This document shows positions 63,233-64,000 of a stretch of DNA of 64,000 nucleotides, in pieces. The notes under the pieces were generated by a model. The model saw only the letters and a list, made by a program, of their open reading frames with translations. It ran no database searches and had not been told where the DNA came from. Position numbers and translations under genes: made by a program. Source of the stretch: a phage; the sequence record PQ374922.1; one strand, written 5' to 3'. Each line of letters starts with the position of its first letter. Positions within the stretch are counted from its first letter, which is position 1.

Positions 63233-64000
63233 ATGGGAATGAACTTCGTGGACAGAGGGGAGAATGTCGTCAAATATTTCACGGACGAAGACAACGAGCG
63301 TGTCATTAGTATCCTTCGTGATTGGATCCCTGCTCGCAAGAAAGCACTTGCTGAGGGCACCAGGCTTCCAAAGATCCCCAACTATGTTGCTCTGCAGGTC
63401 CAGCGCATCATCACCAAGATGAGTACCCGCTACAACTATCGCGATTATCCCTTCCGTGAAGACATGGTCTCTGAAGCAATAGTCAACATCTTGCGCTACC
63501 TCCACACATTTGACGTCGAACACATTGGAAAGAAAGGGAAGATCAACTTCTTCTCTTGGGTGACCATGTGTGCTGATCGATCATTCGCTCGTAAACTGAA
63601 TATCGAAGAAGAGCACACGTACATTAAATTGCGCTCATTTGAAGAGGCGGGTGGGTTCGCAGGCCTGGCAGACGATCCCGACTTCCAACAAGAGGTCTTT
63701 GTTGATGCTACAGGAATTGGCATGGACTTCCGTGAACGTATCGGCAACTTTGAGAACAAAAAGGACGCTCAAAGGCAGAAGGAGCGAGAGAAGGTGGAGG
63801 CAGCTCGTCTCGCAGAATCGAATAAAAAGATTGCGAAAGGCATACTTCAATACATGGCGCAGGCTAAGAATACGGTAACAGCGCAGGCCGAAGACAATTC
63901 AGATCAAGACTTCGGCAAAACCCAATTCAATCTGGAAGATGATATCTGTGCGATGGAACCAGATTGGGAAGCCCTCAAACAAAGATTAGAAGAACGGGAG
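63233..64000 (+). CDS. gp55-like late-transcription sigma factor (3' end beyond window)
   Basis: No stop before window end; helix pattern FSWVTMCADRSFARKLNIEEEH resembles the T4 gp55 region ITQACFNAFVQRIKKERKE. Confidence 0.65.
   Translation, partial: MGMNFVDRGENVVKYFTDEDNERVISILRDWIPARKKALAEGTRLPKIPNYVALQVQRIITKMSTRYNYRDYPFREDMVSEAIVNILRYLHTFDVEHIGKKGKINFFSWVTMCADRSFARKLNIEEEHTYIKLRSFEEAGGFAGLADDPDFQQEVFVDATGIGMDFRERIGNFENKKDAQRQKEREKVEAARLAESNKKIAKGILQYMAQAKNTVTAQAEDNSDQDFGKTQFNLEDDICAMEPDWEALKQRLEERE

Overview
This window reads as a contiguous piece of a T4-like myovirus genome, most consistent with an Ackermannviridae (Vi1-like) phage of Enterobacteriaceae; that family assignment is inference from gene content and motif, not a database hit. 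Positions 1-11264 hold four tandem tailspike genes sharing a ~70-aa anchor module. Positions 11677-31089 are a T4-syntenic late module: large structural protein, neck gp13/14-like, gp15-like, small and large terminase (the latter carrying a 159-aa mini-intein in its Walker A loop), sheath, a minus-strand GIY-YIG homing endonuclease, tube, portal, prohead core proteins, prohead protease, scaffold and major capsid protein. Positions 31194-63999 are mostly plus-strand early/middle genes: UvsY, UvsW, sliding clamp, clamp loader, RegA, HU-like protein, DinG-like helicase, RNase H and a truncated gp55-like late sigma factor, interspersed with lineage-specific cargo. The most notable cargo is a translationally coupled Prs-like + Nampt-like pair resembling the phage NAD+ reconstitution pathway NARP1, and an acyl-carrier-protein-like gene whose phosphopantetheine-site serine is replaced by glutamate, next to a vWA-domain protein. 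Other cargo includes a zinc-ribbon/Vsr-like nuclease after the capsid gene, a SLOG/LOG-like protein, a ParB-like nuclease-domain protein, three consecutive exported proteins including a lipoprotein, and several minus-strand ORFs embedded in plus-strand operons. Two recurring regulatory motifs are visible: a late-promoter-like CTAAATAcCcc box before late genes and a TTCAATAA-N12-TAnnnT box before several early/middle genes. No tRNA, rRNA or CRISPR array was found, and no endolysin or holin was recognised. All start codons that differ from the ORF track are my own choices based on ATG position and Shine-Dalgarno spacing; motif and hairpin coordinates are approximate to within a few bases.
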